NCBI GenBank assembly: GCA_030141605.1
Contig: JAQGDQ010000243.1
Coordinates: 62,001 to 126,000, forward strand
Direction of reading: 5' to 3'
Source of the DNA: Tubiluchus corallicola
Lineage: Eukaryota; Animalia; Priapulida
Length of the DNA stretch: 64,000 nucleotides
The stretch's first letter is position 1; each line of letters opens with the position of its first letter. The notes under the pieces are model-generated. The model had not been told where the DNA came from. It saw only the letters and a program-made list of their open reading frames with translations, and did not search any database. This document shows positions 12,640-25,456 of this stretch, piece after piece. The position numbers were made by a program, and so were the translations under genes.

Positions 12640-13706
12640 AGGACAAGAAAAGGGGCACCCGAAGTAGGTTTCAGAAAAATCGCCTTAAAAAATTATACTA
12701 CTTTACAGCAATTTTATGCACATATCGTATTCGTGTTGAAAGGAATTTTCGTTTGTTTCCATTTAAAATCTCCCGCAATACTGTTCCGATTACGTAATAC
12801 GTAAATCAGGAGAAGAAAAGGCAATGTTAAATTGTGTCTCAAAAGACTTTCCGTGCAAATCTATGTTACTTAGCACTTCACTTACCTGCTGGAAAGACTT
12901 ATGTAACTAGACTAATCATTTAAAATGTTTGTGCCAGTTGGTAAAATGTCGCTGACTTACCCTCTAGGGTGCGCCACTCACTAGACATAAACGTATTTTT
13001 AATCTTATTGACAAGATACAGTAATTTAAAATTTTGCTTAATTAGCAACATGTATGCTACGAATGCTCTGATTGTTTTTTCAAACTTCACTCAATATTAT
13101 GAAATCTTGTATCAAACGACTTACCATTAAAATGGCTGTTCCTAACGGTCATCGCGGGAGTTTAAATTTACTCGTTTTATACAGCATTACGACCAATGCA
13201 AGCCATGCATACGAAAAGGTTGTATAGGTTTTACACGTCAAATGTAGACCTGCGTTAACTCAAATGTAGACTTTGGTAGTTCAAATGTATTAATAATGGT
13301 TTTCAACAAATCTTGGTATTGGTATCTCAAATGTGGATAGGTGTTAAAGTTTAAGGATGTTAAGTTTAATCTTCTTTAATTTCAATTTAATAATTGCTCC
13401 TAAGTTAAAATAACAACGCTATAGGCCTACTAATAAATGCACTATCTTTGGTTTATATTTTTCTAATTTGCACTTAAATAACTTAATTACCGATTTATTC
13501 AAAGTAATGCATCTACATTTGACTTACCTAAGTCACATTTGAGTTACCAAAATACATTCGAAATTCCTATGTCTACAGTTGACTTACCTAAGTCATATTT
13601 GAACTTTCCTGTGTCTACATTTGACGTGTAAAACCTATATATAAGTGACGTAAAATTTCGAGACGAATTTTTTAAGCTTTATGTAAGTGGAGGATTTTCT
13701 TGTGCT
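12640..13706. mobile_element. Kolobok-like non-autonomous DNA transposon carrying a nested MITE
   Basis: TTAA|AGGACAAGAAAA ... TTTTCTTGTGCT|TTAA: 12-bp TIR with 1 mismatch and a TTAA TSD. Diverged partial relative at about 26715-27120. Confidence 0.65.
13227..13635. mobile_element. MITE family A, copy 2
   Basis: Same TIRs and internal sequence as 4439-4851; TA flanks. Confidence 0.9.
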
Positions 13707-14609
13707 TTAACAATGGTCCATGCATTGTTCCTACTCTGCAGGATAGCATAGTTGCATGAACTATAAACGGTTAGGAAAGAGAAAATCAGTCAGATGCGGT
13801 TAGAGTAGCAGTTAAGTAGGCACACGTTACGTTAACTGAAATGTGTATTTCACTGGGGGTATCACGAAAATAATCGTCTTTGTGAGTGAAATTTGCTAAC
13901 AATCTGATCAATATCACAGATATTTGATAGCGCTTAACGGCTACAAACCTGAAACCTGAAAGCAAAGGAAACTATGAAAAGTTGGAACTATAATTGTTGT
14001 AAAAGTCGTCTTCGCTCTGCTACTGGAGCTACTCCCGAGCTAGCAAGGACGCAGTCGAACAGTTTTAAAGTTCAAAAATGTGATTCGCTTTATTTCGTCT
14101 CACCATTTAGGACGGCTACGATATGTTCTCGCCATTGTACAGCAAAAAACTTGCAATACTGAGAACAATTGGTGGATCACCTATTAGCTAGACCAAATAC
14201 TCAATAGGGGCTTTCAACAAAATCAAGAAAGTTGTTACCATCTGAATGCCACCAGTTTAACGAAGAACGCAGAGACCACTGTGCGATTTTAAATAATAAA
14301 AGATTCAATCTGTCGACCAGTTCTGTACACAAATTACATGCACAATCCTATGTCGTTGTGTAATACTCTGCCAAGCTCTGGCATAACTATGCAAATCCTA
14401 CGCAACACAGTAATGATTCAGTAAATTGATTTTAGTGTGAAGGAGGGGCGTAACTTTTACAAAATTATCGTACTACAACCCATTTCTCCAAAAGTAAAGA
14501 TTTAGTAAAAAACATCAACAATTGACTTAATATCACTTATAGTTTACGGACTGACATGCTGTAGTAAAATAATTCTAAATTTGAGGAAGTATCGAAATGT
14601 ATTTCATAT

Positions 14610-14734
14610 GTAGTAGGAGTGGTAGTGGTAGTGGTAGTGGTAGTGGTAGTGGTAGTGGTAGTGGTAGTGGTAGTGGTAGCAGTAGCAGTAGCAGTAGCAG
14701 TAGCAGTAGCAGTAGTAGTAGTAGTAGTAGTAGC

Positions 14735-14807
<73 letters not shown>

Positions 14808-15079
14808 AAATCCTTATTTGCCATTTTAAAAACATTGACCATCATAATAAAAGACAGACAATCAGTGTTAGTTCATATAAAAACATACACTGTTCTGGGC
14901 AAATGCGTCTGTTGCAAGCTAAACTATAAGTCGAAACTAGAAATTCAAAAGTAAAACATAAACTAGTTTAGTAAGGTCTAGGAAAAATGAAATTATGATT
15001 TGAATAAGTATCATCGTGTTCGTATGTCGGATATTCAAAACGAGTCATTAAATGTTTTTTTAATTTAGACTTGAGTATT
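14610..15079 (-). mobile_element. CR1/L2-group LINE 3' end with compound triplet tail
   Basis: 14807-15079 is nearly identical to about 5631-5905. Confidence 0.85.
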
Positions 15080-15926
15080 TCGTATCAGTTATTACACCAC
15101 TTACAATAATTATCGTTTTACTGGTTTAATATTCAGATGTTGCAAAAACATCAGTGCTGACAGACAAAATTTAGGCATTTATAAAAAGGAGACAAAGGCA
15201 GCGCTAATTAATCATCGTCACGTATACTGATCTTTTTATGGCGCTTGCAAAACCGACACTCAAACAATGTGGCTTAACGTTATAGACGCTGCGAATCCTG
15301 CAAACAAACGACACCTACATAGTTGCTGCACTCAGATGCAGAAAAAACGAAGACACATGTACTTTCTTAACCATATTTAAGATATTAAAGTTCAAAAAGT
15401 ACCCACAAATCACCTGTATGCAAAAATAAACTAGAATAGATAAATCAGAATAAATCAGAAATAGCATGACGTGGCTTACTACCAGAATTTTGTTATTTCA
15501 ACGTGATTTCCAAGTTGATTTCCAAGTATTTGTGACAAAGTGAGAACGTTATACGATTAACTATACAGCTTGTTTTCTAACAAAAGTCTCGTGGGTATAT
15601 CACTGTAAATCTGCATTTTCAAGTCGAAAAAACGTAAGATTTACTGCTAACAATTCAAATATCCAGGTGAATTTTCGTTTGAAAAAAATTCAGATCGTGC
15701 AAAAACCGGCGTACCTGAAACTGGGTTTCACCAGCAACTTGTGAGAAACACAGAATGAAATGTAAGGTCTTCGTCATTTGAGAACAAACAGCACAAACAC
15801 GTGAATTAAATTTTGCTTTACAATAAGAAACTGGCTTCTTTTCAATGCATGCTATGCCACAGCTGTTCATGTATTGTAATGCGTTCGAATCACATCACGC
15901 TGGTGCACCAGCTTCACACGGCTTAC

Positions 15927-16907
15927 ATAAAGCCATTGTAGTTCACTGGGCAAAACGATTCTGCTCAGGGGAGACCGGGTAGGCGGCACATGCGCTCCTC
16001 CTGACGTATATAAAGCCATTGTAGTTCACTGGACAAAACGATTCTGCTAAGGGGAGACCGGGTAGGTGGCATATGTGCTCCTCCTGACGTATTTAAAGTC
16101 ATTGTAGTTCACTGGGCAGAACGATTCTGCTAAGGGGAGACCGGGTAGGTGGCATATGCGCTCCTCCTGACGTATTTAAAGTCATTGTAGTTCACTGGAC
16201 AGAACGATTCTGCTAAGGGGAGACCGGGTAGGCGGCACATGCGCTCCTCCTGACGTATTTAAAGTCATTGTAGTTCACTGGACAGAACGATTCTGCTAAG
16301 GGGAGACCGGGTAGGTGGCATATGTGCTCCTCCTGACGTATTTAAAGTCATTGTAGTTCACTGGACAGAACGATTCTGCTAAGGGGAGACCGGGTAGGCG
16401 GCACATGCGCTCCTCCTGACGTATTTAAAGTCATTGTAGTTCACTGGACAGAACGATTCTGCTAAGGGGAGACCGGGTAGGTGGCATATGTGCTCCTCCT
16501 GACGTATATAAAGCCATTGTAGTTCACTGGACAAAACGATTCTGCTAAGGGGAGACCGGGTAGGTGGTATATGCACTCCTCCTGACGTATTTAAAGTCAT
16601 TGTAGTTCACTGGGCAGAACGATTCTGCTAAGGGGAGACCGGGTAGGTGGCATATGCGCTCCTCCTGACGTATTTAAAGTCATTGTAGTTCACTGTACAG
16701 AACGATTCTGCTAAGGGGAGACCGGGTAGGCGGCACATGCGCTCCTCCTGACGTATTTAAAGTCATTGTAGTTCACTGGACAGAACGATTCTGCTAAGGG
16801 GAGACCGGGTAGGTGGCATATGTGCTCCTCCTGACCTATTTAAAGTCATTGTAGTTCACTGGGCAGAACGATTCTGCTAAGGGGAGACCGGGTAAGCGGC
16901 ACATGCG
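15927..16907. repeat. 83-bp satellite array, about 12 units
   Basis: GTTCACTG recurs at 15941, 16024, 16107 ... 16854, a period of 83. The whole unit is conserved, with no spacers. Confidence 0.97.
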
Positions 16908-17929
16908 TTTGCGATTCTCGGGGTGTGAAAAGTGGGGTGGGTGGTGCAAAAACTTTTAATTAAAGACAATGTGTACAATGAAACCAACGTTGAAAGAGGC
17001 GTCAGGAAGTGCACAGGCGTTTCACGAAGACACTGTAGTTCGCTGGAACAATTGAAAAGAGCGTATAGCCAACGATAACGATTTCAAAGAGCCGTTCTTA
17101 ATCCGTGGAATATATATAATCAAGTCAAACCTGCCCGCTATACTAAGTAAGAGAGATCAAGAAGACAAATAGATAAATGCAGTAGTCATTGTTGTAGCAA
17201 ATGAAGTTACTAACACCAATGACTCTGTTCGAGAGAACAGTCAGAGAGTTCAAGAACGCTGAAATTGACCCGACTAAGCAACCTGGTAGAGGATGATTAC
17301 ACCTTGGATAAGGACTTCTCACCACTTAGACAAGTCCTTGCAATTCGCTGATTTGAAAGATCATGTCTGGACGAGCTTGTAACAGAAATTCATACAGCTT
17401 ATAAAAAAACTATTGAAGCTCACAGAACCAAACGATTTTCCTGGTGCAAGCTTATCGCAGCTGCTCACGAGAAGCCATTGTAATTTCCCAGACTGTGCTA
17501 TTGTCGCGAAGAGAGATCACAGGAGCACCGATGCAGCAATCCCAGTGTTTATACGAAGCCATTACACTTCTCTGGAATGAACTATTATCAATACTGAGGG
17601 GGCAGGAATACGATCTTGCTACTTCATATAGACGAAGCTGTTGTACTTCGCCATCATAGACTAGCACGCGCACCATGAAAGCAGGTAGGCAGAAAAGATT
17701 CATTCAGCATATAATAAGTCAACTATCTCATATAATCTTATTTACTGAACAATCACTGAAAGAATGTACTTATCAACATGAACTGCTTGCAATTATCCAG
17801 TCTTCTAAATGCGATTCTACGTAATAAATTGTACATGCAAAAATTATCAGTAGACTTTTAGTGACACATTTGCTCTTTTACACAAACCCTTCAGCATTAA
17901 TGGTCTGCAAATATGAGCGTAGCTAAAAG

Positions 17930-18340
17930 ATCATCACCATTATCATCGTCACCGCCATCATCATCATCATCGTTGTCGTTGTCATCAACACCACCACCAT
18001 CGTCACCACCACTACGACCACCACCACCAATCACCACCACTACCACCACCACCATCATCATAATTCACCATCATCATCATGTCATCATCATCGTTGTCGT
18101 TGTCATCAACAACACCACAATCACCACCATCGTCACCACCACTACGACCACCACCACCAACCACCACCATCATCACCATTCACCATCATCACAATCATCA
18201 TCATCATCAACAACATCAATACCAAACAGCAACAACAACAACAACAACAACAACAACGTCATCATCGTTATTTTTCGTTTAAAATAATTTTTCAGCTAAT
18301 GTATTATAATAATAAAATAAATTTAGATGACGCAGATTTA
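17930..18340. repeat. CAT/CAC/CAA compound-microsatellite repeat, copy 1
   Basis: Shares its triplet blocks and the unique tail TTTTCAGCTAATGTATTATAATAATAAAAT..TTTAGATGACGCAGATTTA with 21475-21770. Confidence 0.85.
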
Positions 18341-18843
18341 CTATAGATAACGCTAATGCGATGCAATCAATTCGTCGCATGTACATTATATCATTTATCA
18401 ATCTTAAATTTTATTGCCTGTTTTTAGCTGCACAGACTGTGCATCCGCCTCGGCAGTATGAAGCCATGCAAATCATTTTCAAACAATAGCTGAACGGAAC
18501 ACATGCCATTTTTCCATTGCGCAGTCGGTATACAGTCGACTTGTTTAGCCTGCAAACACTGGCAGAGCTCGGCGCAAACATGCTGAAAATTGGCTTGATT
18601 AATTGCAACAAAATTACAGGCTTTAAAACAATGCCAGCGCCCAGGCTCAGCCAGTCAATAAGCACTAATGAGCGCGCTGAGAAACAATACACGTGGTAAA
18701 CCGCGAGCGAAGCCACACAAGAAAATACGAATAAACACGAAACAGAATAAGACGACATAATTATCCAATAAGAATCTTGTTCTTGATTAAATTTGCCAAT
18801 GAACTGCTGTGATGGAATTCGTCACATCAATGATGGTGTTTGC

Positions 18844-19230
18844 TTAGAGTCGGTGAGACTTAAAGGTAAAGTCCGTAAAGAAGTGGTCAGACCCGCTCTA
18901 ATCTATGGGCTGGAAGCAGCTTCTCTAAAGAAGACCGAAGAGAAGAAAATGGGTGTGGTGGAGACGGGGATGTTGAGATGGATGGTGGGAATAACAAGAA
19001 AAGATAAAATTAGAAATAATAATATCAGAGGAACAGTAAAAGTAGTGGAAGCCTCGCAATACTGCGATGGTATGGACACCTGAAAAGAAGAGTCTGTGAA
19101 GATCATGTGGGAAGAAGGGAAGACATAAATGAAGAGATGGTCAACAACAGGAAAGCGTGGAGAAGACTCATTCACAACGGCGACCCCGCATAGGCAAAAG
19201 CTGAGAAGAAGAAGAAGAAGAAGAAGAAGA
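18844..19230 (+). mobile_element. 5'-truncated second copy of the RTE-derived element (no ribozyme)
   Basis: Collinear with 1261-1713 apart from an extra internal deletion; (GAA)n tail; 11-bp TSD ATGGTGTTTGC at 18833-18843 and 19231-19241. Confidence 0.9.
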
Positions 19231-20191
19231 ATGGTGTTTGCAAGGACTTACTACGTGCATAGGAATAGCAGCTTTCAAAAGTTGTCTGTTTCTTAAAATG
19301 TTGCTTTCGTATACCTCTCGTGGGGAAACGTACATAAAAAAGATGAATACTGAAATTTTTACACATGGACATTTCTTTTGTTTTAATTAAGCCGAAACAA
19401 CCGATTAAAATTTATTAATTCTAGAAAATCGAAGTAGACAATATGGTAGACGAAAGATATTGTTTTATTTTTATTTTTATTTAAAGTTTATTTTTATTTC
19501 AGCACATAAAAGTTCCATATAAAAGTTAAAAAATTACACTAAATTAAAGTCATTTAAATTTATAAGTGACAGATCGTTTCTTGACTGTTGCAATTACAGA
19601 AAGCGAGCAAACGATTACGCGTACAAAGACGCATACACATGCAACGGTGATAACGGACGACACGGAGCATGCGGACAATCCGGCGTTTACGGATCACATG
19701 ATACGTCCCTACGGATTGACGTTTGGCGCAGCGGGTACGAATCGTTCACACGCTATCTAAACTTTTTCGCTTTGTGTTAGAAATCAGCGACTCTATCATG
19801 GAGATGGAATTAGTATTAAAAGAATATATATTACAGATGGCCTCTAGCAGAATGATCCCAAAAATAGATACAGCTTTCATTTCAAGGAAATGGAAATTCA
19901 ATACGAAAATGTGAGCGTCCCTAGCTGTAAATAAAGCAAGAGAAAACGCTGCTTTTTCCTTTATTAAAAATAACTCTAAAATCATCGCGAACAAGCAGAA
20001 AAGGTAATATTGCGTGTTAAGTAATTTTTTCACTACGTGTTTTTCCTTAGTAAGTTCCTCTGTATTACTTTAGTACTATTTTTCTTGCCGAAATTGTAAG
20101 CTGATTTGAGCCTGTACATATCGGAGCCGTGCGTTTTCTTTGGGTTGGAGGAATCCATGGAAACCTTATGGGATTTAGTGGGTAAAATAGA

Positions 20192-20305
20192 CAGGGCCAA
20201 TTTCAGGGGGGGATGGGGATACTTCCCCGGGGCCTCACGCCGAGGTAACATTTTTTTGCTTTATGCGAACATACTGCCTCCTCTCTCCCCCCTCTCCCCT
20301 CTCCC

Positions 20306-20403
<98 letters not shown>

Positions 20404-20496
20404 TCTCTCTCTCTCTCTCTCTTCCTCTCTCACTTGCCCGAGGGGGCCTCACACGCCCCACTTCCCCGGGCCTCGCTTAGGCTGAATTCGGTCCCG
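20192..20496. repeat. (CT)n microsatellite (about 20280-20432) inside a GC-rich, possibly MITE-like element
   Basis: Imperfect inverted ends CAGGGCCAATTTCAG / CTGAATTCGGTCCCG and a repeated ACTTCCCCGGG(G)CCTC motif. No TSD seen. Confidence 0.55.
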
Positions 20497-21474
20497 ATAA
20501 TGTGCATTTTGAATGCTAAAATATCATCCTTTGAAAGGGAAACCAACTCTACGCTCACGATCTAGGTAAAAATTAAAGGTATTGAAATAAGTACCTGAAT
20601 GTCACACAACAATTCACGTACAATGTCTCCTGCACTCAACGTGACAACGACAACGGAGAAGAGGTTAAAGCTAATTTCTGAGCAAAAGCTTTATTGTCGG
20701 TCTGCGCAAAAGCACTCAGTAGTATCAGAGTTGACACAGCCAGATCTTACAAAGTGATAACCCGAAAAGAAATAAACTAAAAGCTTTCGAGATAATAGCA
20801 GTGCCCAAAAATGAAAAAAGATACTATAGCGCGTTAGGATCTTAAACAGGCCGCTGACACACTACCAACTCTAGTTGGTCAAGCTTCCATCAACTCGTAT
20901 TACAAAGTGATAAAAATCTTGTTATCGCAAATCAAGTTGGATGGTTGGCCATTCGTTGAAAAATATAAAATCTAAAAAAATATATAAAGAAACCATCATA
21001 AATTTAAAACAATTTTGGTGCCAGAGAAGTAGCTGAATGATCAAAATGTGTGCCTGCCCACAAAGTTCAGTAACACAAACCTGTTCAGTAAATGGATGGG
21101 TGACGATTAGGAAAGTCGCTTCTTTTTTTAAGTGTTTTCTGCATTGTTGTCTCCAGTTATGTCTCTTGTTAATCGTGAATGCCCAAATTATTACCACAAG
21201 CAGTTTTTGGCCAATTAATTATATAAACTACAGTATTGCAAGAAACATTTGCGTACCTACTACACCACAAGTAGTTTGTGGTAGAAATATTACAAAAGTC
21301 TGCACTAAAATTACTAAACAATTCGTATATTAGCTATAAAAGAAATTTGATAATTTTCAAAATGCTCTCTTAGCTTTCCGCCTGCCAAAAGCAGAAAGTC
21401 AGCTTATTGTTACGAACGTTACGTCGTGAAATACTATAAATTTATGATTATTGCATTGTTATATTTGCTATGTG

Positions 21475-21770
21475 TCACTGCCATCATTATCGTTGTCATC
21501 AGCACCACCACAACCAGCACCATCGTCACGACCACTACGACGACCACCACCACCACCATCGTCACCACCACTACGACCACCACCAGCACCATCATCATCA
21601 TTCATCATCATCATCACCATCATCATTCACCATCATCATCATCAATGACATCAATACCAAACAGCAACAACACCAACAACAACAACGTCATCGTCATTAT
21701 TTTTCCTTTAAAATTATTTTTCAGCTAATGTATTATAATAATAAAATACGTTTAGATGACGCAGATTTAC
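21475..21770. repeat. CAT/CAC/CAA compound-microsatellite repeat, copy 2
   Basis: Homologous to 17930-18340; bracketed by a 52-bp direct repeat at 21419-21470 and 21767-21818. Confidence 0.85.
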
Positions 21771-23121
21771 GTCGTGAAATACTATAAATTTATCATTATT
21801 GCATTGTAATATTTGCTACCGGATACGAATATCAGAGTAACTACGTCAGCTGATAAAGCATAGCACGTACGCGAATATGAAATTTGTTTCTTATTTAAAA
21901 CGCTGCGGAGCTAGAATTCAACTAAACATCTCTACAATCCGAATAAGAAAAAAACGATGTTGATAACTATAGCTCCGCGTACGTGCCGAGAGATGAATAA
22001 CCCAGACCGGAAGCGGAAACGCCCATTTCAGAAAATAGAAATGCACAATGCTGCTGTAGTTTAGTAGGTTTGCGAGCCACATGCTGTTGTTTGTGAATAT
22101 AGACAACTTATACCAACCGTAAAATAACCTACTAAAAAGAATTCGAAGAACAGATTAGTAATACATTCCCATACTGTATATAGAATTATGAGTTAACAGC
22201 TACGTAGTGTATCCAAGTTTTTATATACATATAACTAATATAACATCAAACGCAATAGCAATTACTCAAAACTGACAAAAACTTTTGAAATCGTCAAAAC
22301 ATTACCGCCCAATTTGGTCCCTGTGATTACAAATGTCGTAAGAGAAAAAAGTACTATCTCCATGTCTAAGTGCAACGTACTGGTGGTTTGATATTGATTG
22401 TAAATAGTCATGCCTCGGTCAGTACTAGATTGGGAAGCAAAAATATATAGACGTCAATATAACAAAATAAGGAGGAAACACTTTTTATCATCAAATTTCA
22501 GATAATATTGTATCAAGAAAATAAAAAACCTTCCGAAACGAGGTTGCAGTTCTGTGAAACTGACTTATTCCGGTATGTAGGTATTTACTACTGAAAAAAC
22601 TGCCTTTTCAAGTGTTCAGCTGTTATGAACTTATGCTTCTTATGCTTATTACTATCGCATTTCAATTTCAAGCCTCTTTACATTTCACGATACGAACGCT
22701 TACAGCAAAATCTGGGCCTAAATCGCAAAATTAAGCAAGTTGGTAAACTGACTGACCACAATTAATTTGCATGATTTACCCAAAATGTATCATTTAGGCA
22801 ATGTTGATTTTGAATTTTAAAACATTAAAAAATCTAAAAATAGCAGAATTATAAAAGCACACAATTAAAGTCTAGTTCAGTAGTAACCGCATAGTTGGCA
22901 GCACCAGTGTTTGCCACCTAAACACTTGCCTGTGGGAAAACATGTGGCTACGTGGCGCTATCCACTGTCCAGAAGGAACAAACAACACAAGCTAATGCCT
23001 CTTTAACTTTATGAAAGAAAAGCTAGCATACTCAGCTTCAATTGGTATTTGAGGTTTCCTTTTCGCTCTTGAAATTTTGCCTTCATTTTGTTTTGAAAAA
23101 TAGACAAGTGTACGAAAAAAA

Positions 23122-23270
23122 GTGCAATAAAAATGAAAGAAACAATGTGTGCAATAAAAATGAAAGAAACAATGTGTGCAATAAAAATGAAAGAAACAAT
23201 GTGACACGTGAGAACAATGGTTGACAATAACGATCAGCACTAAGTTCTCGTCAGTAACTTAGCTGTCAAT
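23122..23270. repeat. 3 x 27-bp tandem plus a tail that is duplicated at about 24160-24250
   Basis: GTGCAATAAAAATGAAAGAAACAATGT three times; the following AGAACAATGGTTG..AAGTTCTCGTCAGTAACTT recurs about 1 kb downstream. Confidence 0.9.
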
Positions 23271-24405
23271 CTAAGAACACCATCGCACCAACGGTCAATA
23301 TTATCTCCTATTCTTGCGCTAATTAAATCCTTGAAGTTCTAATCACCTGAAATTATAATTGCAAATTTAAACATTTCCAACAAGTCATAATATCACTGTG
23401 GCACGTGTAAAATAAACCCACTCAAATCTACAGTTTAAACATAATAAAACGAATGCTTACATGACAATGAATCAGCTACACAGTCACAGAGTGCACTATT
23501 TCACATGGTACTTTTATCACAAATATATATTAACAATACGTCAAATACATCTGCAATGTTTGATTCATCATTATTTAAGAGATATAATTCGACAGATTAC
23601 ACAATGCACGACCTGAACTAATACATTCCCTATCTCAGCAGATAATACAATACAAATACGAACAATCGACTAACGATAAAAAGAGACAAAGTCTAAGTCA
23701 CTGCAATAACGTCAGATTAACCGTTGTATTTTCTCACAACAGTACGAGGACACCGCTGATTGATATTTTAGATTACACTTGCAATAATTATCGTGTGTTT
23801 GTCCGTTGAAAATCCCTTGTATTAACACACACTTTGTATAAAATATCGCACTTCATACAAAAATAATATACAAATATAATATAATATACAAGATAATTCA
23901 TATTAGATGTTGCTGAACTTTAGCTACCAAAACCTGCTGCCTATTCCAGATCCGTAAAAATCTTTAATATCGAAAAATCCTTTTATTGTTACCGATGATT
24001 TAGGAGATATAACAGATTTTGGCCATCTTGAATTTATGCGTATATCTCAAAAGTATCAAAGTCGATTTTGGCCGATTTTTGTTGAGGGTACCTAAGAATT
24101 CTAACAATCTGAAGAGAAAAATTTTATTGCAATACGTTCTAGGTACCCCCTTACTAAGAGCAATAAAAATGAAAGAAACAATGTAACACGTTAGAACAAT
24201 GGTTGGCAATAACGATCAGCATTAAGTTCTCGTCAGTAACTTTGCTGTCTATTACCCCCACCTACTGTCTAATACCCATTGTTATTACTGGTCTTAGATT
24301 TGCTTTTCTGCTTTCCTTTGTTTAGTATTCAAGCCAGAACTTTGCTTCTAATTACATTTGTTTGTTCTTTCGTACTTTACAGAAATTTCTTGATACGCAA
24401 CATAT

Positions 24406-24753
24406 TGTCACGGAGGCACCTGTGTCGGGTCAGGTGTAGGGCCTTCTACACGCCCTGCTTCCACGTCAGCAGCCACTCACCTCTTTCTTGTAGGCCCAGA
24501 CGTCTTGTTTGGGCCTACACGTGGTGTGAGAAGCCAGCTGACCTGGAATGCCAGTATAAAAGCGCGTAGAGGCCACTACAGCCCGGATTTCTGACACAGG
24601 TGGTCCTCGGGTATAGTGCTGTTACTGAGTTAGTTAGTTTTTTTTGTGCACGTGTATTTTGGTTCCTTATTTTTATTAGTGCTGTTAATAAACTCCGTAC
24701 AGTGTAGTTTTTGTGTATTTTATTTTATGAGAGTTAAATGACATGCTATAACA
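24406..24753 (+). mobile_element. Solo-LTR-like element containing a long foldback
   Basis: Starts TGTCAC and ends TGACA (24743) or TAACA (24753). TATAAAA at about 24555 precedes AATAAA at about 24687. No matching TSD. Confidence 0.5.
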
Positions 24754-25119
24754 GGTATAAGGTACTAGTTTACAGACATTAATTTAGTTAATTAGCATAA
24801 CATTTGTAATTAAAATTGACATTTGTAGTTAAGTAATCAGTTACACAACGATAGTAAAATGGATCTTCATGATGCGCAATATCAAGACAGCCATGCCATC
24901 TTGGAGTTCGACCCCCTGGGTCGAATTCAGTCCAATATTAAGAAAAAGGGATTGTCGTAACTTGGATACAGAAACCAGTGTATGTAGAATTTAGTCATCA
25001 TTTTTGTTGACGCTGCTTTATGTAAACATAAACAACGTGCTGACAACTGCATCTTTTTCTAGTTCACACAACATACAAACATGACAGTTTTACAAAATTA
25101 CAAAATACGCTTTGTCAAT

Positions 25120-25400
25120 GAATCAATCAATCAATTTATTTCACTCCAGCAATACATATACAATACATCAACATACAATATTATTGAAACAAAAAGAAAC
25201 AGTATAGGTAAAAAAACGTAGATGAAGTCAAATTAACCAAATAAAAGAGTTGCTGCATGACACCTTGAAACCTTAGCTTGTTAAGGTGGCACAAATGAGT
25301 GAATGAAAGAATGGTTAGGATCTGAAGAAATGATGAAATGGAAAAAACAGTAAGATTAGGGACAGGAAGAAAGAAAAGAGGAGAAGAAACGACCACAGTG
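25120..25400 (-). mobile_element. Probable LINE 3' end with AATAAA and (TTGA)n tail
   Basis: Minus strand ends GAAATAAATTGATTGATTGATT. Confidence 0.45.
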
Positions 25401-25456
25401 TATGTTTAATTTACATAGAGCTATATTAAAATAGCATTATAATTGATTGGAGGTCT

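Noticed and set aside
15927-16907. CRISPR array or tandem hammerhead ribozyme
   Set aside because: Units are conserved end to end with no unique spacers, there are no cas genes, and neither strand has a CTGANGA/GAAA core.
17340-17660. Old LINE C-terminal remnants (ITLLWNEL here; FFPGLALLWNSL at about 5100-5200 on the minus strand)
   Set aside because: Only one short motif each, too decayed to delimit.
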